A DNA stretch of 24,048 bases from Macrostomum lignano. Lineage: Eukaryota. The position numbers were made by a program, and so were the translations under genes. The notes beneath the pieces are model-generated. The model was not told the origin of the DNA, did no database searches, and saw only the letters and a list, made by a program, of their open reading frames with translations. How positions within the stretch are numbered: position 1 is the stretch's first letter; every line of letters begins with the position of its first letter. Positions 9,433 to 22,300 of this stretch are shown piece after piece. The stretch is from contig NIVC01000790.1 of the NCBI GenBank assembly GCA_002269645.1, positions 1 through 24,048 of the forward strand, in the 5' to 3' direction.

Positions 9433-9561
9433 CGAGTACCTAATCCAGTACTTTAGTACTCCAGTACTTCCAGTACATGTACATCAACACACCATTCTAG
9501 CCAGTAAGCATGTACGCTTAGGCTCTACATTCGCACATTCAAAAAACAACTCCAAACGCAC

Positions 9562-9708
9562 CTGGTGCTCCTCGAGCATCTGGGCCACCGGCGGCTCCTC
9601 CAGGGTGGCCGATGGGAAGGCCAACAGGCGAGCCTGCAGGCTGCGCAGCTTCGCCAACTCGCGCTCCAAATCAGTCAACAAGTCGTCGGCGTACTTCTTG
9701 GCGTCAAC
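9562..9708 (-). CDS. Exon, 147 bp (VDAKKYADDLLTDLEREL...LEEHQ), first helical exon after the giant exon
   Basis: Acceptor CTGTCAATTAG| at 9709-9710, donor CAG|GTGCGT at 9561; extends ORF 9484..9681; phase 0 to 0. Confidence 0.85.
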
Positions 9709-10315
9709 CTAATTGACAGGAATTCAGATTGACAGGTGTGACAGGGTATAGAAGCGGTGATGGAGAGTGGTGATGGCGCAACAGCGGGAGTGCCGCAATT
9801 CGCAGCCGCAACAGAAAAGCAGCGGCAAGAATGATCCGATACAATGGATACTCGTAGCAGTTCAGAGCGAAATCAACAAACTAATCATCACTAAACTACT
9901 AAGCTAAACTACGGAATCAAAGGCACACGCTCGTACGGCTATCTGGCTTTAAAGAGGTACGCTCGTAGCAGCCTAATCAAGATAATAAAAAAGAAAATAG
10001 GAGAAGAGTAAACACATCTCAGTACGGATCAGACAACACAAGCACAGATACTTACCCGTCAGAGAGGAATTATTAATACATTTGAAAACAACACAGAAAT
10101 AGCTAAAAAGCCGGAAATGCCAATGAGAAAGCCAGAGTGGAAGTCGAGTTTGGCCAATCGAACTCAGCAAGCGCGGGCAGCAATAGAGGGTTCGCTAAAT
10201 AATTAAAGCACCATGCCGAACCACAAAAAGCACAACAAATTCACGAAAGCTAAAAGCTACAAAAGCCATAAGAAAAGCGACAGCACTTAGTAATTACGAC
10301 ACCAAAGAATCTTAC

Positions 10316-13300
10316 CGAACTCTCCAGTGACACGTATTGCAGAATATCAGAATACGAGCACTCAACGATTTGACCAAATCCGGACACCAACCCCGAGCTC
10401 AGAGTGTTACCAGAGAAGGATGAAGTCAGGGAGCGGGAGTCCAAAGGTGAACGTAGAAAACTTTGAGAAGTATTGCCTACATTGCTTGGATCAAAAGAGC
10501 TCGAACCTCCGATCGCCTCAGCTGAAGATATACTTAGGGAGGAGGGGCGTCTTACAACTGCACCAGATTGCAGGCCTAGTGGACTGGATTCCAATCGCAA
10601 CTCCTCAGCCTCCTTAAAAGCTTCCTGTAAATTCTTATCACACTGCTCAGCCGTTCCGTTGCTTTCCTGGTCTGCGCGCAGCTTGAGCTCTTTGGCTTCG
10701 GGCTTCAGCTGCTCTTTTTGCTCCTCTGACAGACGTGATTCGGCGGCCGGTTCCTGTTTTGCAGTTAATCTCTCAGTCTTTGTGTTCTCTGGTACTGGTT
10801 GATTTGGTTCCTGCAATTGTACAGCCAATACGCGGGTTTCAGATTCGACAACCACTGTCGTTTCCGAACCCTGAGGGCCTGCGCTGAGTTTCTCTTTACT
10901 CTCAGTGGCGGTATCGGTTGTGACCTTCGACGGCACGGATGTCGTATCAGCATCCTCACTAAGCCTATGCTCTGCATTGTCAATTTTAGGCTGTTCCCGA
11001 TCGACTAATTCCGTTGGCTTTGAGGATTCTAAGCCTAATGCCTCAGAAGGCTGAGCAGCCTCTTCTAGCTTTGGCGCTGCAGCGATTTTCTGGTCCGCGC
11101 GCAGCTCAAGCTCTTTGGTTTCGCTCTTCAGCTGCTCTTGTCGCTCTTCTGACGGACGCGACTCGGCGGCCTCCACCTCTGTAAGAGACACCTCGTCCTT
11201 GACCTCAGCCTGCCCAGCAGCCCCTTCTGGCTTCGATACTGCACCGCTTTCCTGGTCTGCGCGCAGCTCGAGCTCTTTGGCTTCGGGCTTCAGCTGCTCT
11301 TGTTGCTCTTCTGACGGATGCGACCCGGCGGCCTCCGCCTCTGTTGGAGCCACATCATCCTTGACCTCAGCCTGCTTAGCAGCCTCTTCTGGCTTCAGTA
11401 CTGCACCGCTTTCCTGGTCTGCGCGCAGCTCGAGCTCTTTGGCTTCGGGCTTCAGCTGCTCTTGTCGCTCTTCTGACGGACGCGACTCGGCGGCTTGCGC
11501 GTCTGTTGGAGCCACCTCATCCTTGACCTCAGCCTGCTTAGCAGCCCCTTCTGGCTTCGATACTGCACCGCTTTCCTGGTCTGCGCGCAGCTCGAGCTCT
11601 TTGGCTTCGGGCTTCAGCTGCTCTTGTCGCTCTTCTGACGGACGCGACTCGGCGGCTTGCGCGTCTGTTGGAGCCACCTCATCCTTGACCTCAGTCTTTT
11701 CGGCAGCCTCTTCAGGCTTCAGAGCTTCTCGACTCACCCGATCTGCACGCAGCTCGAGCTCTTTGTCTTCAGGCTTCAGCTGCTCTTGTCGCTCTTCTGA
11801 CGGACGCGACTCGGCGGCTTGCGCGTCTGTTGGAGCCACCTCATCCTTGACCTCAGTCTTTTCGGCAGCCTCTTCAGGCTTCAGAGCTTCTCGACTCTCC
11901 CGATCTGCACGCAGCTCGAGCTCTTTGGCTTCGGGCTTCAGCTGCTCTTGTTGCTTTTCCGACGGACGCGACTCGGCGGCTTGCGCGTCTGTTGGAGCCA
12001 CCTCGTCCCTGACCTCAGCCTGCTTAACAGCCTCTTCAGGCTTTGGTGCTTCTCGGCTCTCCTGATCTGCTTGCAGCTCGAGCTCTTTGGCTTCGGGCTT
12101 CAGCTGCTCTTGTCGCTCTTCTGACGGATGCGACCCGGCGGCCTCCGCCTCTGTTGGAGCCACATCATCCTTGACCTCAGCCTGCTTAGCAGCCTCTTCT
12201 GGCTTCAGTACTGCACCGCTTTCCTGGTCTGCGCGCAGCTCGAGCTCTTTGGCTTCGGGCTTCAGTTGCTCTTGTCGCTCTTCTGACGGGCGCGACTCGG
12301 CGGCCTCCGCCTCTGTTGGAGCCACATCATCCTTGACCTCAGCCTGCTTAGCAGCCTCTTCTGGCTTCGGTACTGCACCGCTTTCCTGGTCTGCGCGCAG
12401 CTCGAGCTCTTTGGCTTCGGGCTTCAGCTGCTCTTGTCGCTCTTCTGACGGATGCGACCCGGCGGCCTCCGCCTCTGTTGGAGCCACATCATCCTTGACC
12501 TCAGCCTGCTTAGCAGCCTCTTCTGGCTTCAGTACTGCACCGCTTTCCTGGTCTGCGCGCAGCTCGAGCTTTTTGTCTTCAGGCTTCAGCTGCTCTTGTT
12601 GCTCCTCTGACAGACGTGATTCGGCGGCCGGTTCCTGTTTTGCAGTTAATCCCTCAGTCTTTGTGTTCTCTGGTACTGGGTGACTTGGTTCCTGCAATTG
12701 TACAGCCAATACGCGGGTTTCAGATTCGACAACCACTGTCGTTTCCGAACCCTGAGGGCCTGCGCTGAGTTTCTCTTTACTCTCAGTGGCGGTATCGGTT
12801 GTGACCTTCGACGGCACGGATGTCGTATCAGCATCCTCACTAAGCCTATGCTCTGCATTGTCAATTTTAGGCTGTTCCCGATCGACTAATTCCGTTGGCT
12901 TTGAGGATTCAAAGCCTAATGCCTCAGAAGGCTGAGCAGCCTCTTCTAGCTTTGGCGCTGCAGCGATTTTCTGGTCCGCGCGCAGCTCAAGCTCTTTGGC
13001 TTCGGGCTTTAGCTGCTCTTGTTGCTTTTCCGACGGACGCGACTCGGCGGCCTCCGCCTCTGTTGGAGCCACATCATCCTTGACCTCAGCCTGCTTAGCA
13101 GCCTCTTCTGGCTTCGATACTGCACCGCTTTCCTGGTCTGCGCGCAGCTCGAGCTCTTTGGCTTCGGGCTTCAGCTGCTCTTGTCGCTCTTCTGACGGAC
13201 GCGACTCGGCGGCTTGCGCGTCTGTTGGAGCCACCTCATCCTTGACCTCAGTCTTTTCGGCAGCCTCTTCAGGCTTCAGAGCTTCTCGACTCTCCCGATC

Positions 13301-16300
13301 TGCACGCAGCTCGAGCTCTTTGTCTTCAGGCTTCAGCTGCTCTTGTCGCTCTTCTGACGGAAGCGACTCGGCGGCTTGCGCGTCTGTTGGAGCCACCTCG
13401 TCCCTGACCTCAGCCTGCTTAACAGCCTCTTCAGGCTCTGGTGCTTCTCGGCTCTCCTGATCTGCTTGCAGCTCGAGCTCTTTGGCTTCGGGCTTCAGCT
13501 GCTCTTGTCGCTCTTCTGACGGATGCGACCCGGCGGCCTCCGCCTCTGTTGGAGCCACATCATCCTTGACCTCAGCCTGCTTAGCAGCCTCTTCTGGCTT
13601 CGGTACTGCACCGCTTTCCTGGTCTGCGCGCAGCTCGAGCTCTTTGGCTTCGGGCTTCAGCTGCTCTTGTTGCTCCTCTGACAGACGTGATTCGGCGGCC
13701 GGTTCCTGTTTTGCAGTTAATCCCTCAGTCTTTGTGTTCTCTGGTACTGCTTGACTTGGTTCCTGCAATTGTACAGCCAATACGCGGGTTTCAGATTCGA
13801 CAACCACTGTCGTTTCCGAACCCTGAGGGCCTGCGCTGAGTTTCTCTTTACTCTCAGTGGCGGTATCGGTTGTGACCTTCGACGGCACGGATGTCGTATC
13901 AGCATCCTCACTAAGCCTATGCTCTGCATTGTCAATTTTAGGCTGTTCCCGATCGACTAATTCCGTTGGCTTTGAGGATTCAAAGCCTAATGCCTCAGAA
14001 GGCTGAGCAGCCTCTTCTAGCTTTGGCGCTGCAGCGATTTTCTGGTCCGCGCGCAGCTCAAGCTCTTTGGCTTCGGGCTTCAGCTGCTCTTGTCGCTCTT
14101 CTGACGGACGCGACTCGGCGGCTTGCGCGTCTGTTGGAGCCACCTCATCCTTGACCTCAGCCTGCTTAGCAGCCCCTTCTGGCTTCGATACTGCACCGCT
14201 TTCCTGGTCTGCGCGCAGCTCGAGCTCTTTGGCTTCGGGCTTCAGCTGCTCTTGTCGCTCTTCTGACGGACGCGACTCGGCGGCTTGCGCGTCTGTTGGA
14301 GCCACCTCATCCTTGACCTCAGCCTGCTTAGCAGCCCCTTCTGGCTTCGATACTGCACCGCTTTCCTGGTCTGCGCGCAGCTCGAGCTCTTTGGCTTCGG
14401 GCTTCAGCTGCTCTTGTCGCTCTTCTGACGGACGCGACTCGGCGGCTTGCGCGTCTGTTGGAGCCACCTCATCCTTGACCTCAGTCTTTTCGGCAGCCTC
14501 TTCAGGCTTCAGAGCTTCTCGACTCTCCCGATCTGCACGCAGCTCGAGCTCTTTGGCTTCGGGCTTCAGCTGCTCTTGTTGCTTTTCCGACGGACGCGAC
14601 TCGGCGGCTTGCGCGTCTGTTGGAGCCACCTCGTCCCTGACCTCAGCCTGCTTAACAGCCTCTTCAGGCTTTGGTGCTTCTCGGCTCTCCTGATCTGCTT
14701 GCAGCTCGAGCTCTTTGGCTTCGGGCTTCAGCTGCTCTTGTTGCTCTTCTGACGGATGCGACCCGGCGGCCTCCGCCTCTGTTGGAGCCACATCATCCTT
14801 GACCTCAGCCTGCTTAGCAGCCTCTTCTGGCTTCAGAACTGCACCGCTTTCCTGGTCTGCGCGCAGCTCGAGCTCTTTGGCTTCGGGCTTCAGCTGCTCT
14901 TGTCGCTCTTCTGACGGGCGCGACTCGGCGGCCTCCGCCTCTGTTGGAGCCACATCATCCTTGACCTCAGCCTGCTTAGCAGCCTCTTCTGGCTTCGGTA
15001 CTGCACCGCTTTCCTGGTCTGCGCGCAGCTCGAGCTCTTTGGCTTCGGGCTTCAGCTGCTCTTGTCGCTCTTCTGACGGACGCGACTCGGCGGCTTGCGC
15101 GTCTGTTGGAGCCACCTCATCCTTGACCTCAGCCTGCTTAGCAGCCTCTTCTGGCTTCGGTACTGCACCGCTTTCCTGGTCTGCGCGCAGCTCGAGCTTT
15201 TTGTCTTCAGGCTTCAGCTGCTCTTGTTGCTCCTCTGACAGACGTGATTCGGCGGCCGGTTCCTGTTTTGCAGTTAATCCCTCAGTCTTTGTGTTCTCTG
15301 GTACTGGGTGACTTGGTTCCTGCAATTGTACAGCCAATACGCGGGTTTCAGATTCGACAACCACTGTCGTTTCCGAACCCTGAGGGCCTGCGCTGAGTTT
15401 CTCTTTACTCTCAGTGGCGGTATCGGTTGTGACCTTCGACGGCACGGATGTCGTATCAGCATCCTCACTAAGCCTATGCTCTGCATTGTCAATTTTAGGC
15501 TGTTCCCGATCGACTAATTCCGTTGGCTTTGAGGATTCAAAGCCTAATGCCTCAGAAGGCTGAGCAGCCTCTTCTAGCTTTGGCGCTGCAGCGATTTTCT
15601 GGTCCGCGCGCAGCTCAAGCTCTTTGGCTTCGGGCTTTAGCTGCTCTTGTTGCTTTTCCGACGGACGCGACTCGGCGGCTTGCGCGTCTGTTGGAGCCAC
15701 CTCGTCCCTGACCTCAGTCTTTTCGGCAGCCTCTTCAGGCTTCGGAGCTTCTCGACTCTCCCGATCTGCACGCAGCTCGAGCTCTTTGGCTTCGGGCTTC
15801 AGCTGCTCTTGTCGCTTTTCTGACGGGCGCGACTCGGCGGCTTGCGCGTCTGTTGGAGCCACCTCATCCTTGACCTCAGCCTGCTTAGCAGCCCCTTCTG
15901 GCTTCGATACTGCACCGCTTTCCTGGTCTGCGCGCAGCTCGAGCTCTTTGGCTTCGGGCTTCAGCTGCTCTTGTCGCTCTTCTGACAGACGCGACTCGGC
16001 GGCTTGCGCGTCTGTTGGAGCCACGTCATCCTTGACCTCAGTCCTTTCGGCAGCCTCTTCAGGCTTCGGAGCTTCTCGGCTCTCCTGATCTGCTTGCAGC
16101 TCAAGCTCTTTGGCTTCGGGCTTCAGCTGCTCTTGTTGCTTTTCCGACGGACGCGACTCGGCGGCTTGCGCGTCTGTTGGAGCCACCTCGTCCCTGACCT
16201 CAGTCTTTTCGGCAGCCTCTTCAGGCTTCGGAGCTTCTCGACTCTCCCGATCTGCACGCAGCTCGAGCTCTTTGGCTTCGGGCTTCAGCTGCTCTTGTCG

Positions 16301-19300
16301 CTCTTCTGACGGGCGCGACTCGGCGGCTTGCGCGTCTGTTGGAGCCACCTCATCCTTGACCTCAGTCTTTTCGGCAGCCTCTTCAGGCTTCAGAGCTTCT
16401 CGACTCTCCCGATCTGCACGCAGCTCGAGCTCTTTGGCTTCGGGCTTCAGCTGCTCTTGTTGCTTTTCCGACGGACGCGACTCGGCGGCTTGCGCGTCTG
16501 TTGGAGCCACCTCGTCCCTGACCTCAGTCTTCTCGGCAGCCTCTTCAGGCTTCGGAGCTTCTCGACTCTCCCGATCTGCACGCAGCTCGAGCTCTTTGGC
16601 TTCGGGCTTCAGCTGCTCTTGTCGCTCTTCTGACGGGCGCGACTCGGCTGCCTCCGCCTCTGTTGGAGCCACCACGTTCTTTACTTCAGCCTGCTTAGCA
16701 GCCCCTTCTGGCTTCGATACTGCACCGCTTTCCTGGTCTGCGCGCAGCTCGAGCTCTTTGGCTTCGGGCTTCAGCTGCTCTTGTCGCTCTTCTGACAGAC
16801 GCGACTCGGAAGCTTGCGCGTCTGTTGGAGCCACGTCTTCCTTGACCTCAGTCCTTTCGGCAGCCTCTTCAGGCTTCGGAGCTTCTCGGCTCTCCTGATC
16901 TGCTTGCAGCTCAAGCTCTTTGGCTTCGGGCTCCAGCTGCTCTTGTTGCTTTTCCGACGGACGCGACTCGGCGGCTTGCGCGTCTGTTGGAGCCACCTCG
17001 TCCCTGACCTCAGTCTTTTCGGCAGCCTCTTCAGGCTTCGGAGCTTCTCGACTCTCCCGATCTGCACGCAGCTCGAGCTCTTTGGCTTCGGGCTTCAGCT
17101 GCTCTTGTCGCTCTTCTGACGGGCGCGACCCGGCGGCTTGCGCGTCTGTTGGAGCCACCTCATCCTTGACCTCAGCCTGCTTAGCAGCCCCTTCTGGCTT
17201 CGATACTGCACCGCTTTCCTGGTCTGCGCGCAGCTCGAGCTCTTTGGCTTCGGGCTTCAGCTGCTCTTGTCGCTCTTCTGACGGGCGCGACTCGGCTGCC
17301 TCCGCCTCTGTTGGAGCCACCACGTTCTTTACTTCAGCCTGCTTAGCAGCCCCTTCTGGCTTCGATACTGCACCGCTTTCCTGGTCTGCGCGCAGCTCGA
17401 GCTCTTTGGCTTCGGGCTTCAGCTGCTCTTGTCGCTCTTCTGACAGACGCGACTCGGCGGCTTGCGCGTCTGTTGGAGCCACCTCATCCTTGACCTCAGT
17501 CTTTTCGGCAGCCTCTTCAGGCTTCAGAGCTTCTCGACTCTCCCGATCTGCACGCAGCTCGAGCTCTTTGGCTTCGGGCTTCAGCTGCTCTTGTTGCTTT
17601 TCCGACGGACGCGACTCGGCGGCTTGCGCGTCTGTTGGAGCCACCTCATCCTTGACCTCAGTCTTTTCGGCAGCCTCTTCAGGCTTCGGAGCTTCTCGGC
17701 TCTCCTGATCTGCTTGCAGCTCAAGCTCTTTGGCTTCGGGCTTCAGCTGCTCTTGTTGCTTTTCCGACGGACGCGACTCGGCGGCTTGCGCGTCTGTTGG
17801 AGCCACCTCGTCCCTGACCTCAGTCTTCTCGGCAGCCTCTTCAGGCTTCGGAGCTTCTCGACTCTCCCGATCTGCACGCAGCTCGAGCTCTTTGGCTTCG
17901 GGCTTCAGCTGCTCTTGTCGCTCTTCTGACGGGCGCGACTCGGCGGCTTGCGCGTCTGTTGGAGCCACCTCATCCTTGACCTCAGCCTGCTTAGCAGCCC
18001 CTTCTGGCTTCGATACTGCACCGCTTTCCTGGTCTGCGCGCAGCTCGAGCTCTTTGGCTTCGGGCTTCAGCTGCTCTTGTCGCTCTTCTGACGGACGCGA
18101 CTCGGCGGCTTGCGCGTCTGTTGGAGCCACCTCATCCTTGACCTCAGTCTTTTCGGCAGCCTCTTCAGGCTTCAGAGCTTCTCGACTCTCCCGATCTGCA
18201 CGCAGCTCGAGCTCTTTGGCTTCGGGCTTTAGCTGCTCTTGTTGCTTTTCCGACGGACGCGACTCGGCGGCTTGCGCGTCTGTTGGAGCCACCTCGTCCC
18301 TGACCTCAGCCTGCTTAACAGCCTCTTCAGGCTTTGGTGCTTCTCGCTCTCCTGATCTGCTTGCAGCTCGAGCTCTTTGGCTTCGGGCTTCAGCTGCTCC
18401 TGTTGCTCTTCTGACGGATGCGACCCGGCGGCCTCCGCCTCTGTTGGAGCCACATCATCCTTGACCTCAGCCTGCTTAGCAGCCTCTTCTGGCTTCAGTA
18501 CTGCACCGCTTTCCTGGTCTGCTCGCAGCTCGAGCTCTTTGGCTTCGGGCTTCAGCTGCTCTTGTCGCTCTTCTGACGGGCGCGACTCGGCGGCCTCCGC
18601 CTCTGTTGGAGCCACCTCATCCTTAACTTCAGTCCTTTCGGCAGCCTCTACAGGCTTCAGAGCTTCTCGGCTCTCCTGATCTGCTTGCAGCTCAAGCTCT
18701 TTGGCTTCGGGCTTTAGCTGCTCTTGTTGCTTTTCCGACGGACGCGACTCGGCGGCTTGCGCGTCTGTTGGAGCCACCTCGTCCCTGACCTCAGTCTTCT
18801 CGGCAGCCTCTTCAGCCTTCGGAGCTTCTCGACTCTCCCGATCTGCACGCAGCTCGAGCTCTTTGGCTTCGGGCTTCAGCTGCTCTTCTCGCTCTTCTGA
18901 CGGGCGCGACTCGGCTGCCTCCGCCTCTGTTGGAGCCACCACGTTCTTTACTTCAGCCTGCTTAGCAGCCCCTTCTGGCTTCGATACTGCACCGCTTTCC
19001 TGGTCTGCGCGCAGCTCGAGCTCTTTGGCTTCGGGCTTCAGCTGCTCTTGTCGCTCTTCTGACGGACGCGACTCGGCGGCTTGCGCGTCTGTTGGAGCCA
19101 CCTCATCCTTGACCTCAGTCTTTTCGGCAGCCTCTTCAGGCTTCAGAGCTTCTCGACTCTCCCGATCTGCACGCAGCTCGAGCTCTTTGGCTTCGGGCTT
19201 CAGCTGCTCTTGTTGCTTTTCCGACGGACGCGACTCGGCGGCTTGCGCGTCTGTTGGAGCCACCTCGTCCCTGACCTCAGTCTTCTCGGCAGCCTCTTCA

Positions 19301-22300
19301 GGCTTCGGAGCTTCTCGACTCTCCCGATCTGCACGCAGCTCGAGCTCTTTGGCTTCGGGCTTCAGCTGCTCTTGTCGCTCTTCTGACGGGCGCGACTCGG
19401 CTGCCTCCGCCTCTGTTGGAGCCACCACGTTCTTTACTTCAGCCTGCTTAGCAGCCCCTTCTGGCTTCGATATTGCACCGCTTTCCTGGTCTGCGCGCAG
19501 CTCGAGCTCTTTGGCTTCGGGCTTCAGCTGCTCTTGTCGCTCTTCTGACGGACGCGACTCGGCGGCTTGCGCGTCTGTTGGAGCCACCTCATCCTTGACC
19601 TCAGTCTTTTCGGCAGCCTCTTCAGGCTTCTGAGCTTCTCGACTCTCCCGATCTGCACGCAGCTCGAGCTCTTTGGCTTCGGGCTTCAGCTGCTCTTGTT
19701 GCTTTTCCGACGGACGCGACTCGGCGGCTTGCGCGTCTGTTGGAGCCACCTCGTCCCTGACCTCAGCCTGCTTAACAGCCTCTTCTGGCTTCAGTACTGC
19801 ACCGCTTTCCTGGTCTGCTCGCAGCTCGAGCTCTTTGGCTTCGGGCTTCAGCTGCTCTTGTTGCTCTTCTGACGGATGCGACCCGGCGGCCTCCGCCTCT
19901 GTTGGAGCCACATCATCCTTGACCTCAGCCTGCTTAGCAGCCTCTTCTGGCTTCAGTACTGCACCGCTTTCCTGGTCTGCTCGCAGCTCGAGCTCTTTGG
20001 CTTCGGGCTTCAGCTGCTCTTGTCGCTCTTCTGACGGGCGCGACTCGGCGGCCTCCGCCTCTGTTGGAGCCACCTCATCCTTAACTTCAGTCCTTTCGGC
20101 AGCCTCTACAGGCTTCAGAGCTTCTCGGCTCTCCTGATCTGCTTGCAGCTCAAGCTCTTTGGCTTCGGGCTTTAGCTGCTCTTGTTGCTTTTCCGACGGA
20201 CGCGACTCGGCGGCTTGCGCGTCTGTTGGAGCCACCTCGTCCCTGACCTCAGTCTTCTCGGCAGCCTCTTCAGGCTTCGGAGCTTCTCGACTCTCCGATC
20301 TGCACGCAGCTCGAGCTCTTTGGCTTCGGGCTTCAGCTGCTCTTGTCGCTCTTCTGACGGGCGCGACTCGGCTGCCTCCGCCTCTGTTGGAGCCACCACG
20401 TTCTTTACTTCAGCCTGCTTAGCAGCCCCTTCTGGCTTCGATACTGCACCGCTTTCCTGGTCTGCGCGCAGCTCGAGCTTTTTGGCTTCGGGCTTCAGCT
20501 GCTCTTGTCGCTCTTCTGACGGACGCGACTCGGCGGCTTGCGCGTCTGTTGGAGCCACCTCATCCTTGACCTCAGTCTTTCCGGCAGCCTCTTCAGGCTT
20601 CAGAGCTTCTCGACTCTCCCGATCTGCACGCAGCTCGAGCTCTTTGGCTTCGGGCTTCAGTTGCTCTTGTCGCTCTTCTGACGGACGCGACTCGGCGGCT
20701 TGCGCGTCTGTTGGAGCCACCTCATCCTTGACCTCAGTCTTTTCGGCAGCCTCTTCAGGCTTCAGAGCTTCTCGACTCTCCCGATCTGCACGCAGCTCGA
20801 GCTCTTTGGCTTCGGGCTTCAGCTGCTCTTGTCGCTCTTCTGACGGGCGCGACTCGGCGGCCTCCGCCTCTGTTGGAGCCACATCATCCTTGACCTCAGC
20901 CTGCTTAGCAGCCTCTTCTGGCTTCAGTACTGCACCGCTTTCCTGGTCTGCGCGCAGCTCGAGCTCTTTGGCTTCGGGCTTCAGCTGCTCATGTCGCTCT
21001 TCTGACGGGCGCGACTCGGCGGCCTCCGCCTCTGTTGGAGCCACCTCATCCTTGACCTCAGCCTGCTTAGCAGCCTCTTCTGGCTTCGGTACTGCACCGC
21101 TTTCCTGGTCTGCGCGCAGCTCGAGCTTTTTGTCTTCGGGCTTCAGCTGCTCTTGTTGCTCCTCTGACAGATGTGATTCGGCGGCCGGTTCCTGTTTTGC
21201 AGTTAATCCCTCAGTCTTTGTGTTCTCTGGTACTGGGTGACTTGGTTCCTGCAATTGTACAGCCAATACGCGGGTTTCAGATTCGACAACCACTGTCGTT
21301 TCCGAACCCTGAGGGCCTGCGCTGAGTTTCTCTTTACTCTCAGTGGCGGTATCGGTTGTGACCTTCGACGGCACGGATGTCGTATCAGCATCTTCACTAA
21401 GCCTATGCTCTGCATTGTCAATTTTAGGCTGTTCCCGATCGACTAATTCCGTTGGCTTTGAGGATTCAAAGCCTAATGCCTCAGAAGGCTGAGCAGCCTC
21501 TTCTAGCTTTGGCGCTGCAGCGATTTTCTGGTCCGCGCGCAGCTCAAGCTCTTTGGCTTCGGGCTTCAGCTGCTCTTGTCGCTCTTCTGACGGACGCGAC
21601 TCGGCGGCTTGCGCGTCTGTTGGAGCCACCTCGTCCCTGACCTCAGTCTTTTCGGCAGCCTCTTCAGGCTTCAGAGCTTCTTGACTCTCCCGATCTGCAC
21701 GCAGCTCGAGCTCTTTGGCTTCGGGCTTCAGCTGCTCTTGTTGCTCTTCTGACGGATGCGACCCGGCGGCCTCCGCCTTTGTTGGAGCCACCTCGTCCTT
21801 TACTTCAGCCTGCTTAGCAGCCTCTTCTGGCTTCAGTACTGCACCGCTTTCCTGGTCTGCGCGCAGCTCGAGCTCTTTGGCTTCGGGCTTCAGCTGCTCT
21901 TGTCGCTCTTCTGACGGACGCGACTCGGCGGCTTGCGCGTCTGTTGGAGCCACCTCATCCTTGTCCTCAGTCCTTTCGGCAGCCTCTTCAGGCTTCAGAG
22001 CTTCTCGACTCTCCCGATCTGCACGCAGCTCGAGCTCTTTGGCTTCAGGCTTCAGCTGCTCTTGTCGCTCTTCTGACGGACGCGACTCGGCGGCTTGCGC
22101 GTCTGTTGGAGCCACCTCGTCCCTGACCTCAGCCTGCTTAACAGCCTCTTCAGGCTTTGGTGCTTCTCGGCTCTCCTGATCTGCTTGCAGCTCGAGCTCT
22201 TTGGCTTCGGGCTTCAGCTGCTCTTGTTGCTCTTCTGACGGATGCGACCCGGCGGCCTCCGCCTCTGTTGGAGCCACATCATCCTTGACCTCAGCCTGCT

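Noticed and set aside
411-9712. Reading the separate minus-strand ORFs as a bacterial operon or independent genes
   Set aside because: Each ORF's helical portion is bounded by GT-AG sites with matching phases and joins into a single spectrin-repeat protein; there are no RBS or operon features.
3181-9968. 11-bp TACGCTCGTAG shared at 3181 and 9958
   Set aside because: A few 11-bp matches are expected by chance among several kb of intronic sequence.
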